From NCBI GenBank assembly GCA_035221665.1, contig CM069162.1:15624001-15688000 (forward strand): a DNA stretch of 64,000 nt, written 5' to 3'. A program made the translations under genes and the position numbers. The notes beneath the pieces were generated by a model. The model was not told the DNA's origin, ran no database searches, and saw nothing but the letters and a program-made list of their open reading frames with translations. The DNA comes from Okamejei kenojei. Lineage: Eukaryota. Shown here piece by piece: positions 50,201-63,731 of this stretch (its first letter is position 1; the number at the start of each line of letters is the position of its first letter).

Positions 50201-50592
50201 TTTGCAGAAGGAAAACTGTTATTTTTGGATAAACTTTGACCTGGCGCATGCAATTCTTCTTTATGTCAAACTAATGGTATTAACATCCAACCCACATTTC
50301 TTAGAAAGAAGCTTCACTGGGAAGTTAGTTTATGTAACCTAATGCAGTGAAAGAATGACCTGGGAATTAAGATCCAAAATTTTCCACCATGGCCATAATG
50401 CTGACGCCTTTAGACAAATTCATCTAGTTCTAGATATTTGCAGTAATTTGTTACTAATTATTTTGTATAATGTGTGGTCATTGGTTTAAAGTTGCAAGTT
50501 CAAGCACTTGTGGTTGGGTACCTGGAACAAAAAAAAACTACTGCATGAGCTTCAGACTGGGAAACGTGTTAATTTTGGTGGGTTTCACGTAA

Positions 50593-50878
50593 AGGGCCTG
50601 TCCCACTTACGCTATTTTTTTCGCCGTCCTGCCGGCACCCGTTATAGTCACGGCGGTCACTGACCAGCGGTGAAGAAAAAGGTACAACTCTTTGGGCGAC
50701 TACGTACGACCATACAGGCGGGGTGGCGCCTGTATGGTCGTGAGTAGTCGCCCAAAGAGTGGTTCCTTTTTCTGGTCGCCGCTGGATTTTCAACATTTTG
50801 AAAATTTTCGGTGACCAGCTGCGACTATGACGGGCGTCGGCAACTCGCCGAAAAAATCGCGAAAGTGGGACCGGCTCT
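50593..50878. mobile_element. PIF/Harbinger-like MITE, largely palindromic
   Basis: TAA target-site duplication (50590-50592, 50879-50881), TIR AGGGCCTGTCCCACTT / AAGTGGGACCGGCTCT, long internal inverted repeat about 50675-50772. Confidence 0.83.
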
Positions 50879-50992
50879 TAAGAGGTTTGGTTTCAGATTT
50901 TTCATTACCTGTGGAAGAATGGGATTTGTTTGGCCTCGTATGCAGTGGGAAGTTACTTACCAGAAATTTAACCTGACTTGTTAAATCCACAG

Positions 50993-51046
50993 CTTCGTCA
51001 CAGTTCCATTTTCACACATTTGAAACACCAGAAGGATACAGACAAT
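50993..51046 (+). CDS. HSPG2: Candidate 54-nt cassette exon in Ig2-Ig3 linker (ASSQFHFHTFETPEGYRQ)
   Basis: ctgac branch-like motif, tccacag acceptor, perfect gtaagt donor, phase 1-1 matching the host intron, open frame. Confidence 0.6.
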
Positions 51047-54000
51047 GTAAGTCAGCATGGTGTGATGATGATGATCTATTAATTTATTTTTTCCTGGAAT
51101 CTTTCTTTCTTGTATACAGATCTCTCTCCAGTAGCCCTTCGAGAAGTTGGTGTGCGTTCTTCATAAGTTACAGGGTTACTGAGGATTAAGGAGACTCAAA
51201 CGGGACTAATGCAATTGCTTACCTGGGAACCAGTACAGGCTTGATTGGCAGAATGGACACCTTTTGTGCCAATATTATGATTGATGAGCTAAATATGTGG
51301 AACATTTAAACAGTTAAAAAAAGAGCCCAAAAGGGTTCCGACCCTGAAATGTCGCCAATCCTTATTCTCCAGAGATGCTGCTTGACCCGCTGAATTATTC
51401 CAGCACTTCTGTCTCCGGCAAGTTAGGATCCCACTTGCTACCCCAATGAAATCTCGTCTCCAATGTATTTCTTTAAATTTCTTACAATGGAGGCTTTCAT
51501 TGTACTTTCACCTGATCATCAAGTGGACAATTTCCACCTTCTAACATCTCACATCGTCACTCAAGTGGAGATTCTCTGAAGAAGGGTCTCAATCCGAGAC
51601 GTTTTCCATTCCTTCTCTCCAGAGATGCTGCATGTCCCGCTGAGTTACTCCAGCATTTTGTGTCTACTATGTAAACCAGCATCTGCTGTTCCTTCTTACA
51701 CATCTATCCATTACTGCTCGACCTATCCATTTTAGGCAGATTTGTCTCGAACCTGATGCAAGACGAATCTCCTCTATGTCACTGAACCACTGGGAAAGAT
51801 TTTCCACTCTTCAATTCCACCAAGCTAAGGGATAAAGTATGTGAGTTTAGAACGAACCAGTCAGCAATTAGCAGCTCTGTTGACCCAGCCCTCAATGTAT
51901 TTTCAAATGGAGAGCGTCCACCAACTTTTGTTCCTGATCACGGATGCTATTGGGATGCTTGATTGGGTTCCAGTGAATTCTCACATATTATTCTGTTGTA
52001 GCAATGCATGCAAGCAGACGTCTAGACACCCCTCATGTAATTCATTTCTGGCATTATTTTTCCAAAGTCTTGTGCATGACCCTGAATCATTCCTTTGCCT
52101 TTGTATTAGACCAGACATTGGGTCAGCATGCCTATCTCCTACATATCTGACGTTATTCTTAATTGATGGCGATTGCTCATACAATGGTTTTATCTTCTGT
52201 GGTTGTTTTGGAGAATGTATGTTAAGTTGCTAAGGCCATGGGGAGGGCCATTTTGGATCAAAACTACTGAACCCCATGTTAGTGAGTGGGGTTTATAAGA
52301 CCAATAAGTAACACCATGAGAGAGCAAGAGGTGAAAGGCAAGTTTCAAACTACATTTCATGAACAATAACAAAATCGATTGACCCTATATGTCAGGGAGG
52401 CAGGAAGACAGCAGCTGATCCTAGTTAGTGCATTCTGACTCTGCCAAAACTGCAGTGGCCGCAGCTGAGTTGGAAATTTCAACACTAAGGCTGTTTGATA
52501 TTTGCTGGATAAAGGAAGGCCAGGTGAGTGAACCTTGGTCAATAGCATTGTGAAAGTGATAAAACTGAGTTAACGTGGAAATAGGCTTCAACGGCAATGG
52601 CCCACTCCTAACTCCTGGAAAACACAACAAATATTTTTGGAGCTTGGAAATGAAATATTTCATTTTAATAGGTACAGCAGCTTATGTGCAGCACTCCAGT
52701 TTGTTTGCCCGTTACTTTAGATGCCACAGTAAATGTAATTATCTGTGAATGGCTTCATGGTCCATACACCAGCTCAGAGCTGTTACTATCTATCAAGCCT
52801 GCTCCAAAATATTGTGCTGAATTTTCCAGCATCAAAGGGATATGTTTGATATATATCCCTTTGATATATTTTCGTTCAGGCAACGGAAGTTTCGTTCAGA
52901 CCGAAAGGTCTGAATGACAATAAAGGATACTTCACTTTAAGTAAAGATACGATGTAAATAGTTATAAAATCAAGGCCTATTGGTGCTGTGGCAGAATTAG
53001 GCAGATGTTGAACAAAGAGTTAATGTGTTACTGTGCCACCTTTCACTGCATCCATCAGCATAAATGACAAAAACTGACTTCTCACAACTTTGCTATAATA
53101 CGTCCAAAAGCTGGCTGTCATCCCTGGGGCTTTTGCCAAGATTCTGAATTATCTTCGCTTTACACAGTGATATTGTTTGAGCTCATCTGCTGCCAGGCCA
53201 GCACAGTGAGTGCAAACCCAGCTCAGTGGCATTGTTCATAGTGTCAGCCCGCATCAGTGTTGCAGGGGATCTAGCTCATCGCTGTGGCACCACTGACATG
53301 CCTGGTCACTTCTTCATCCACACCCACACTGTCATCAACTAATACTTTGCTTCCTCGTGAAGAGCAAGTGTTGAGAAAGTTTTTTTTTTTTTTTGTTAAT
53401 CATATACAAGGAATGTCCAGGTAGCAACATTCCTTCTTAGTTTGCTGATGTTTTTGACAATTTATATTTTCATGAAGGATTTCCCACTTCCCCACTCCCC
53501 CAAAAAATCATCAGTGTTTTTAAGGAGGATATAGGTGGCAGAGAAATTGTAAGTTCATGCAGAGGTTCAAACTGTGTTAATATTCCTGAACCAACTGGAT
53601 TATTTTCAGTGACAGAAGTGGAAATCTTAATTCCAAAGGTAAATGTTCCAACATTTCAGAAAGCCTAACCCTTGAAATTCCATGTTCATTAAAGATGACT
53701 GTTGTGTTCAACTGCATGTACAACTGGGCATCAGGTTGATGCTAGTAACCTGTGATCATAGTAGAAACGCAGTGCTTACAGGAATGAAGTCCTGCTGTTA
53801 TTCACATTGTAGAGTTTACCCATCAGTAATGGACCATGTCAGTGTAGTTCATTTATTGATTCCACGAGTGGGGGGGTCTCGAATGAAGGCACAAATTTAA
53901 AACTTTAAGATGCAATCATTTAAAGCTGAGGTGCTCGTGATCAATATCTCACAGAATGTGAGATATTCTCTGGAATTCTTTTACCCAGAGGCTGAACAAT

Positions 54001-54519
54001 TGGGGGTATTTAATGAAGTAGGTTCAATTTTTAAAGATGGAGGATTTACGTGCTGCGGGGAACAGGCAAGGATGAGCCATGGGGCAGATCAGCATGATCG
54101 TGTGGGTGGTGGGCTAGGCTTGAGGGACTGAATGGCCTCCTCCTACTCTTGTTTTTTTTTTATTTTGTAATTTTGGCCTTGATAAATCTATCCAAGATTC
54201 TTTCTTTGAGTTTTATTTGTGGTGGTATGTTACATTGTTGATGAATAGTTCAGTAAATTGAGTGATTATTCAACACAGCTCAAATGGTGTATACTTAACT
54301 AAACAAACATCAATTTATGCTTAATGCATTTAACTGGATGTCACCTGGATTCCTTCTTCAGACATGGGGCACTTTATCCAGAGTTGGTACAAGGTAGCTG
54401 TTACAAGGGCTATGGGGAAACTGCTGAAAAAAGAGAAAATTAATTGTTGCTTCACCTGGACATTCTGTTGGGATCCCTGGATATTGGGGAAGAAAGAGAT
54501 GAAAGGACAGGTTTAATAA

Positions 54520-55500
54520 AAAATACACGGTGCTGAAGTAACTCAGGGGGTCAGGCAGCATCTCTGGAGAACATGAATAAGCATATTTTGGGCTAGGACC
54601 CTTCTTCAGACTGGAAGAAAGCTGGAAAAGAGGTGGGGATGAGAGGAAGCCTGACAAGTTATAGGATACAGGTGAGGGATGGTTTAATTGGCAGATGTTT
54701 GGTCAAAGACCAGGGATGAAAAGACAAAATGTAATGAGATAAGAAGCCAAAACGTGTGAAGCCAGGTGAAGGAATGTAGGTGGAAGGGGAAAGGGATGAA
54801 TGGATGCACATCCAGGTAGGACACATGGAAGAGAAGTGGGGAAAGGAGGGATGGAAGGGAACTGTTTGCAGCTTAGTTACCTAAACTTGGAAAGTTCAAT
54901 GTTCATAGCATTGCGTTGTAAGTTACCCAAGCGACTCATAGGTTACCCAATACGAGCTGCTATAAGGACAGGTGTTGCATTTCCCGTGGTTGCATAGGAA
55001 TCTCCTGTTAAGAGAGAGTGATTAGTGAGGATGACAGAGTGGATCAGGGATTTGCAAATGCAACACTTTCGTTTGGGGACATGCAACGCGTGGTGAATAT
55101 CATTGAAATGAGCCAAAACTGCTGAGGATAACAATTGAATTGGAGTTAATGGGATGAAGGTACAGGTCAGGGAATTCTGTCCTTGCCGCATCCGGGAGGA
55201 GGAGAAGGGGTAAGAGGAGAGCAGTGGGAAATGGATGAGAAGGAGCGAAGTGCTTCACCTTTCTATCAGTCATGTCCTGTCATAGAATATAGTAGGGAAA
55301 GTCATGGTTCAGGAAGAAGGAAGGTTTCAGAAGCACCTGTGTGGAAATTGACATCATCAAGAAAATGTGATAACTTTAATGAGTGGGAGAATGGAAGGGG
55401 GTCTGAGCAGGAGGTAGGGTGGAAGTATGTTTGGATACCAGTAGCTTTAAGCTCTAATGGATGTTTGTCACAAACCAACCCTTGCGATGATGAAGCAGAC
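54520..55500 (-). mobile_element. Penelope-like element remnant
   Basis: Minus translation about 54877-54934 RLGNLQRNAMNIELSKFR* (GIY-YIG C-terminus) followed by the terminal repeat at 54520-54610. Confidence 0.72.
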
Positions 55501-56139
55501 AGAATGTAATAAAAAGGAACTGCAGATGCTGGTTTTGGTTTATACCAAAGATGGATACAAAATGTTGGAATAATTCACCGGGTCATTCAGCATCCCTTAT
55601 CTCCAGAAGTGCTGCCAGGCAGTTGTGCAGTTGCATGGTGGTGGAACTTGGGTCTGTTAAGGGAGGAATACAAGATCGACTCAGCAACTTAAATCATTAA
55701 CCCGTTGATGACTTGTTAATTGGATTACTATGATTTCAGTAGCAATTTCAGCTCCCAACTTTAAATCTATTGAGATCTATTTGTTGAAAGCATTCTCCAG
55801 AGTTTATGTTTCTCAAACAGTTATCCTTGCTTCTATAATGATCCAAAACACAGAATAAAATCTTCTTAAAACAAGATTACATTTATGTTTGAAAATCACG
55901 GCCTTCATATGGGATTCAGAATGTTTTCGTTTCAATCAATTGGGCCAAGTAGGCACCGAAGCAAGTGAATTGTTCAAGGATGAAGTCAATGTTTATTCGC
56001 GTCTCTAGACCATGGAGCAAACATGGGTAAATGTTGAGCAGGACTGTTTTGTTCTGATTAACAGATTGGTAAAGCTTGAAAAAAGGAAGGCCTCCTTTCC
56101 GGAAACTGCAAGACTAAAAATGGGATGAGTTGACTCTGA

Positions 56140-56900
56140 GCATCATAAAGTACAGCACACCACCCTTTGGCCCACCTTGTCCATGTTTCAGCTTCATATT
56201 CTTCTATGCCTTGCCTATTCAAATGCCAGATGACAAAATTTAGTGATTGCATCCAATGTAATCATCTCCTCTGCTAGCTGGTAGATCAACCAGTTTCTGT
56301 CTAAAATATCTTTCCCCGTCAGATCTCCTTTAAAGCTCATTCCTCTCACCCCAAACTTATGCCCTCTTATTTTTGGCATTCTGACAATCTATCCTATCAC
56401 TGCCTCTGACATGTTTATATCTCTTGGCCTCCCTCACTCTCAGCAATACATTCCCAGCCTATCCAAATTTCTGCATAGTTCAGTTCTACAATACAGGTAA
56501 AATCCCGAATCTCCTCTGCACCCTCTCCAGTACAACCACACCCTTCCTACAGTGCGGTGACCACAGCTGCCCACTGTACTCCACAGTCTAAGCAATGTTC
56601 TAAAGTGTCAACATAACATCCCAACATTTATATTAGTTGCCCTGATGTGTGAATGCAAGCCGCGTATTTCTTCACTGCCCTATCCACCTATGTTGCCACT
56701 TTCAGGCCCCTGTGGACTTGAACCCCAAGGTTCCTCTTTCATCAGCTTTTCTAGGTACCCTATCATTTATTGTGGATGTCCTACCATTATTTGACTTCCC
56801 AAATTGCAGGAGCTTGATCTTGTCAGGATTAAATTCTATCTGACAACACTCCATCCAACTTTCCATCTCATCTACTGCTGCATCCTTGCATAACCTTGTT
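56140..56900 (-). mobile_element. Decayed CR1-type LINE fragment
   Basis: ctcctctgcaccctctccagtacaaccacacccttcctacagtgcggtgaccacagctgc is the antisense of the CR1 YCxxxWSP..KD...LERVQRR region. Confidence 0.7.
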
Positions 56901-58113
56901 CACTGAGAAGACCTGGAGAGTCATTTCCATGATTTAAAAAAAAAAAACGCTTGCAATAATAAAATTAAGGAACACCATTATGTTCCTTTGGTTATTGCCA
57001 GTATTACATAATTTCTTCCAGAATTTATAACAGGCCTTATTTATCTAAATAAAATCAAATAAACAAATTGTTGCCAATCTTTCCCTAAATAAACTAATGT
57101 GGGGAGATGGGGAGCATGATTGTGACCCAGCCAATTCTCCGGCTCCCTGCCTGTGGCGCTATTAATTTACAACACCTTGTTATATTTTGGAATCCGAGCA
57201 TGTTTATCTTAACTCTATTTCTCCAGGGGAAGATACAACACCCTCAGTGCCGATCTCAGTCCAAGAATCATAAATCTATATACTATCTATTTAGTTGAAT
57301 TTATTATGGTAATAGATAAACTGATTGCTGTTCTTAGCTGAGGAATCAGTGGATCCAATCATAATAAATGAGACTTAATTAGTCTTCTTTGCTGAATTCA
57401 TGGTCATAGAGTCATACAGCACGGAAACTGGCCGTTCGGCCCAACTTGGCCATGCCGAACACAGTGGCCCATCTACACTAGTCCCGCCCGCCAGCTTTTG
57501 GCCCATATCCCAAGAAGCCAGTAAGTTCAATCTCCTGGTATAAGAGTTTATGGTGTGGCTAGAAGGATGCTAGAAATGGAGTCAGTCGGTACATTCAAAA
57601 GTGAACTGGATAGGGACCTGAGGAATTAATATCTGCCCCCTTAGAGGCAAGAGCAGGGAAGTAGGAATTTGGATTGTTCTACAGAGAGCTAGCATGAACC
57701 TGAAGCACTGAATGGCCTCATTCTGTGTTATGATTGTATCCCTCAACATTGTTGTGGATCATTTTATTAAAAATGTGTGCCCACCATGAGCTAAACTGAT
57801 TGTGTGCAGATGATCGGATTTATTCAGTACGCCTGAAGTCCAAAGATTTTTTTACTGCTTCACACTTCTCCTCTCTACTGCCTGGCTAATAATGCCAGGA
57901 TTAACAAAGGTGCCATGTTTTTGGCCTGGCCTTCCACCAAACCATTTTACCTTTTGTTCTTTAACGAATGTTTAACAAATCTTCCTGGTTTATCAGCCAT
58001 TGGCTGTCTAGCCATCAGAATGTTGGAGGAGAACCGAACAACCAAACGTCCTTGAAGAATGATTATTATTTAAGTACTTAAGTGGAATAAACTTGTGTTT
58101 TACCTTGCCTTAG

Positions 58114-58227
58114 CATCAGCGCCTGTAGCCACTATCGAGCCTCAAATCCTTACAGTCAAACGGGGGCAGACTGCTGAATTCCGATGCACAGCGACTGGAA
58201 ATCCTCCTCCAACCTTGGAATGGTTTG
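58114..58227 (+). CDS. HSPG2: Perlecan exon, Ig3 first half (SAPVATIEPQILTVKRGQTAEFRCTATGNPPPTLEWF)
   Basis: ccttgccttag acceptor, gtatgt donor, 114 nt, phase 1-1; resembles human SAPVVSIHPPQLTVQPGQLAEFRCSATGSPTPTLEW. Confidence 0.96.
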
Positions 58228-58347
58228 GTATGTCATTCCATCAGTATTGCATTGTTCTTTCTGTGCAGTGAAGTGACATTTGTTTTATTGCTGAACACTT
58301 TTCATGTCTTTAACCATGCCTTTCATAGCATCACAAATAAAAAATTA

Positions 58348-58644
58348 GGGGCGGCACGGTGGCGCGGCAGTAGAGTTGCTGCCTGATAGCGCTTTCAGCA
58401 CCAGAGACCCAAGATCGATCCCGAATACAGGTGCTGTCTGTACGGAGTTTCTATGCACTGCCCATGACCGAGTAGGTATTTTCCGAGATCTTCTGTTTCC
58501 CCCCCTCCCACACTCCAAAGAAGGTTGGGCGATTGGCTTGGCATAAACGTAAAAATTCCCCTCGTGTGCAAGGATTGCTGGCCGGCGCAGACACGATGGG
58601 CCAAAGGGCCTGTTTCCACACTTTATCTCTAAACTAAACTAAAC
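58348..58644 (+). mobile_element. tRNA-derived SINE (HE1-like)
   Basis: ggggcggcacggtggcgcggcagtagagttgctgcct head; gggcctgtttcc...taaactaaa tail. Confidence 0.86.
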
Positions 58645-59139
58645 ACCCTTCAGAGCAGTTTGGTAATAGTGATATGCATGCACGTGAACTAAATTCAGGG
58701 GAACATTGAGCCAAACAGGTTCAAATTTAAGACTAGGTCCTTGTGCAGAAATGGAGATGACAAAAATACTCAGAGTGGTCGGAGAGAGGCAGTGAGATTC
58801 CTCACGTTGCACCAGAAGGTTTTTTAGGCTGCTTTCTCCTTCGAATCCCTGAAGAGTGGTAGTGGGGGAAAAAACGTTTATGTTTGAGTAGGATGCTGAT
58901 GTGCAAGAAAACACTGAGAGTCTCCTGATCTAACACCCAGCCTAGGTTGCCCAGTTGCCATGGAGAATGTGCAGCTTAGTCTCACACATATAGGTTATCA
59001 TTATTTAGATGAAATTGGGCCAATCATCAAAGCATTCTCCAGTAATTTATATCACAATTGTCCTCCCTAAACTGCAGAGATAAAGTAAAACAAGTTCTCA
59101 TTTAAATACAAAAGATTAGACGCAGCAGATTTCTCGTCA

Positions 59140-59622
59140 TATTTAAGAATAGTGAAAGGCTTGGATGGAGTGGGTGAGGAGAGGGTGTTTCCACTAGTGG
59201 GAGAGTCTAGGACTAGAGGGCACAGCCTTAGAATTAAAGGGCGTTCTTTTTAGGAAGGACATGCGGAGGAATTTCTTTAGTCAGAGGGTGGTGAATCTGT
59301 GGAATTCTTTGCCACAGAAGGCTGTGGAGACAATTTCAGTGGATACATTTAAGGCAGAGATAAATAGATTCTTGATTAGTATGGGTGTCAGAGGTTATAG
59401 GGAGAAGGAAGGAGAAAGGAGTTAGGAGAGATAGATCAGCCATCAAGGGATATGGGGAGAAGGCATTGTGATTAGCCATGATCACAATGAATGGCGGTGC
59501 TGGCTCGAAGGTCCAAATGGCCTTCTCCTGCACCTATTTTCTATGTTTCTATGATTGAATGGTGGAGTAGACTTGATGGGCCGAATGGCTTGATTCTACT
59601 CCTATAACTTATGACCTTGTGA
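59140..59622 (+). mobile_element. CR1-type LINE 3' fragment with the 3' end of another CR1 subfamily nested in its UTR (about 59443-59552)
   Basis: gagtctaggactagagggcacagccttagaattaaagg; UTR interrupted by caagggatatggggaga...ctatgtttctat. Confidence 0.82.
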
Positions 59623-60810
59623 TTTAAACGAAAAGGTTTCAGACCATTCCCTGATCACAGACAAAGGACGATTTACAATGCTGGCTAAATATCAAGTTTG
59701 CAAATTAACAGCACAGCTGCCATTCAAGTGTCCCAGTTAGTGCTGGCTCAGACAAGCGCACAAGATGAGACATGTTTTGGAATTTTGAATGAAAGGGTTC
59801 AAGGATTCCGAAATTAACTTCTACAGAAGCCTGTGCAACCATGTCCAAAGAGTTTGTGCAAATCCAAACAGTGTTCTTGGACGGGCACATAGCTGCCCTA
59901 CTGGTAGAGTATTTAACTGAATTGAACATTTGAATGCCAGAAGTTGAAGGTTATTACAGAACATCAACTGGTAGTTCTGATTACTTGAAATATCAAGTGT
60001 AGAGTCTACTTTAACCCTCGTTCTTGCAAGCCAGAGTGCAAATTACCTGCTATCGCCACCTTTTCTGTTTGCCTTTTTGAATGCCAAATTGTGAGCTGGT
60101 ATTTTTGAAAATAGCTGCTAACATGTGCAAGCTGGTGCCTGATCACAATGAGATCGAGGGGATGGATTGCTCTTTTGGTATTTTCAATCCGCCTCAAATA
60201 AAATAAACTATTTTTTTCAGTTGTAAATCCATTGTATTCACATTCTGAATTGCTGAATTGCAACTTCTCAGCAGTTGGGGATACATAATATCTCTACCTT
60301 GGTGGGGGTTGGGAACGATAAAGTGTGGTTAATCTGTGAAAATATTAATTGTAAAATAATGGCTCAAAATATTAATCTGTTTCCACATTTGAAGTGCAAA
60401 TAATTACCTGGGGTGACCATTAAAATACCATTAAAAGTGTATAGCATGATTATTAACTGAGGCACAGAGAATACACCTGTCGTTTCTCAGCTCCAGCCAC
60501 CTGAGTTTGATTCTGACCTCTGGCGCTATCTCCGTGGAGTTTGCATGTTCTTCCGCGTTGTTTCCTCTAGGTGCTTCCAAAGATCCTCTGGTTGTCAGGT
60601 GGATAGTCCACTGAGTGTAGGTGGCTGGCAGGACAATCGGGAGACCATGTGCGACAGAGTAGGTTACAGGGAATGAAGTAGGGGAATGGGATGATGCCGA
60701 GAGCCAACAGTTACACTCGTTGGGATGCTTGGTTTCCTTCTCCTTTGCAAAAAGATCTTAAATTGTGCATATGGTGATAATTACATCGTGCTTTCTTTTC
60801 CATGTTTCAG

Positions 60811-60963
60811 GGGGCCAAGGCAATATTATTTCACCAAACGCAGTGATTCAGGATGGACTTCTCCGCTTTGTCGCTGCGGAGCATTCCGATGAAGCAGAGT
60901 ATTCTTGCAAAGCATCAAACAGCGCTGGACACAACATTGCCACAACAGTTCTCTACGTGCAAC
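60811..60963 (+). CDS. HSPG2: Perlecan exon, Ig3 second half (GGQGNIISPNAVIQDGLLRFVAAEHSDEAEYSCKASNSAGHNIATTVLYVQ)
   Basis: cttttccatgtttcag acceptor, gtaaga donor, 153 nt, phase 1-1; DxAxYxC motif. Confidence 0.96.
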
Positions 60964-62104
60964 GTAAGAGTTGTCCCAAGCTGTCTCCATGTTACTCAGT
61001 TTCCCAAAAAATGTGCAATCATGTAACCGGTGAATGAGTTTGGATCGGCTCCTTTCAGCAACAAAGGAGCAACCTCCCCCGTGTTTAAACCTATGTTGAG
61101 TTAGATGATCACTGCATCCTGAGACCTGTATTTGATTATCCATGAGCCAGAGAGGAGAAAGATTGGACCAGATCTAGGCACACGCACAAAGTCCAAAATC
61201 TTGGGCATGATGTCGGAGGCCAGGTGTAGAGACCAAGATAAAGAGAATAAGCTTGGCAGATACAAGGAACACCTCCATTCAATAGGGATTTGGTGCTTGT
61301 CAGTACTTGAAGATAGACTCAAAATGAATCTCCCTTGATTCAGGAATGCCACAGATTGCAAAAGGTTCAACATTGCTGGGCTTACAAATGGTCGCAGGTT
61401 CTAACAACTCAGTCAAGAGAATGTTGCACAGTGGACAAGTCTTGTCTCCATACTCTGGGCACAAAGGAAATATTTGACATGGATAGTTGGTATCTTAAAT
61501 GGTCTGTCAGAGGTGGTGGTAGAGGCAGGAAGAGTAACAACATTGAGCGAGGCATGACGTTCAGGATTTGGAGGTAATGCAGGCAAGTGAGATGAGAATG
61601 GGTAGGCACGATGGTAGGCACAGACTCAGTGGGCCAAATGTCCTGTTTCAGTGCTGTACAATGCTGTGTCCCCATTAATTCGCTCTTTCAATTCACAAAG
61701 TACAACTGACATTGGTGGTAGACACAAAATGGTGAAGAAGGGTCTTGAACCAAAACGTCACCCATCTCTCCAGAGATGCTGCCTGAATTCCACTCAATTC
61801 CTTCCTGATTAGTAATCTATTCATCTCACCCATAAATGTACACATGATTCTGTCCCGAAAACTCTCTGGTGAGAAGTTCCAAACACTCAACTCTGAGAAG
61901 AAATTATTCCTCATCTCCGTCTTAAGTGGCTGCCTCTTACTCTGAGGCCGTGCTCTCTGTCTCTAGACTTTCCTGTGGGATGAAACTTCCTTTCAGTATT
62001 TACCCTGAGCAAAACACAACATGCCGGAGTAACTCGGTGGACCAGCCAGCATCTCTGGAGGACATGGAGTGTTGTTTTGGGATTCTTCTTCATACAAAAA
62101 CAGG

Positions 62105-62670
62105 CTCTATAAGACACTGATCAGGCCACATTTGGAGTACTGTGAGCAAATTTGGGCCCCATATCTGAGGAAGGATGTGCTGGATCTGGAGAGGGTCCAG
62201 AGGAGGTTTACAAGAATGATTCCAGGAATGAGTGGGTTAGCATATGATGAGCGCTTGACAGCACTGCGCCTCTACTCGCTGGAGTTTAGGGGGGACCTCA
62301 TTGAAACTTATAGAATAATGAAAGGCATAGATAGAGTGGACGGGGAAATGATGTTTCCACTAGTGGGAGAGTCTTGGACCAGAGGTCATAGCCTCAGAAT
62401 TAAATGGTGCTCTTTTAGAAAGGAGGTGAGGAGGAACATCTTTAGTCAAAGGATAGTTAATTTGTGGAACTCATTGCCACAGAGGACTGTAGAGGCCAAA
62501 TCAGTGGATATTTTTACAGCTGAGATATGCAAATTCTTGATTAGAACGGATGTCAAGGGTTATGGGGAGAAGGCAGGAGCATGGGATTAGGAGGCAATCA
62601 GCTATGATTGAATGGCGGAGTAGACTTGATGGGCTGAATGGCCTAATTCTACTCCTATAACTTGTGAAGT
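62105..62670 (+). mobile_element. CR1-type LINE 3' fragment, relatively young
   Basis: Open frame LYKTLIRPHLEYCEQIWAPYLRKDVLDLERVQRRFTRMIPG...GYGEKAGAWD* plus 3' UTR. Confidence 0.93.
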
Positions 62671-63731
62671 TGTGACTAACTGTAGTTTGGGGTGGGGGCA
62701 AGTGATCGATGGATACAGCGGTGAGGTGAGGTACAGGTGAGAGAGAATAAACACTCAGGATGATGGGTATGGAGCCAATTAAGCAAAATGTAGATTTAGG
62801 ATTAGAGGTAAAAGATTCTCACACAGAGGGTGGTGCAAATATGGAAGGAGCTTAAGACGAAGTCAAAGTCAAAAGAGTTGATTGTCATGTGTCCCTGACA
62901 GGACGATGACATTCTTTCTTTGCATAGCACAACAGAACATAGTAGGCATTGACTACAAAACAGATCAGTGTGACCATATACCATTATATACATAAATACA
63001 CACATGAATGAATTAATTGATAAAGTGCAGATGAAGTGGTGGAGATGGGTACAGTTATGACATTTAAAAGTCCCTTGGACAGCTACCATGGATAGGAAAG
63101 GTTTGGATGGATGTGGACCAAAAAACGGGCATTGACACATTTCCATACAGAGCAAACAAAAAATATGACCGTTATTACTGCCATAAAATAGTGTTGCCGA
63201 TCTGCTCTCGCTGGGCCAGTAGGTAACATGGCCCGCGGAATCACGGTTAATATCTTCACTGGTTAGTAGTCTCATTGCTTTTGCGGAAACATTCTTGTGT
63301 AATCAGGCAGAGCAATACTCGACTGGGGATTAGACGTCTGCCTCGGACTGATGAGCTGTGTCAGGCCGATTGTAAAGGGGCTGTGTGTTGTTGATCTTGT
63401 GGGCTGATTGGCATAATGCAGACAAATTAAGCAACCTAAACTGTCTGCATTCCTTCTTCCTGACAATTGGCCGAGCCCAACTTTTGTGCTGCTGAAGCAA
63501 CAGTCAATGGTTTGGTTTGTAACATCCTAGTTGGAAAAAAATCACCAGCTGCCAGTCAGTTAAAAGATTTAATTTGCCCCAATTCTCAATCCCCCATACG
63601 TTTCGTAGGGACTACTTCTCGCTTGTTCTGCTTCACCCAGAGATATTTGTTGTGCTCTCGGTATAGTTACCCAACCAAATTAAGCTGAGCATTGGTTTCC
63701 CTATATCATTCCAAGAATGACATGCTGATGC

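Noticed and set aside
54362-54393. 32-nt AG/GT bounded segment
   Set aside because: Not frame-preserving and no partner exon identified
57997-58055. Acceptor-like site reading AIGCLAIRMLEENRTTKRP
   Set aside because: Runs into TGA with no credible donor before the 58114 exon
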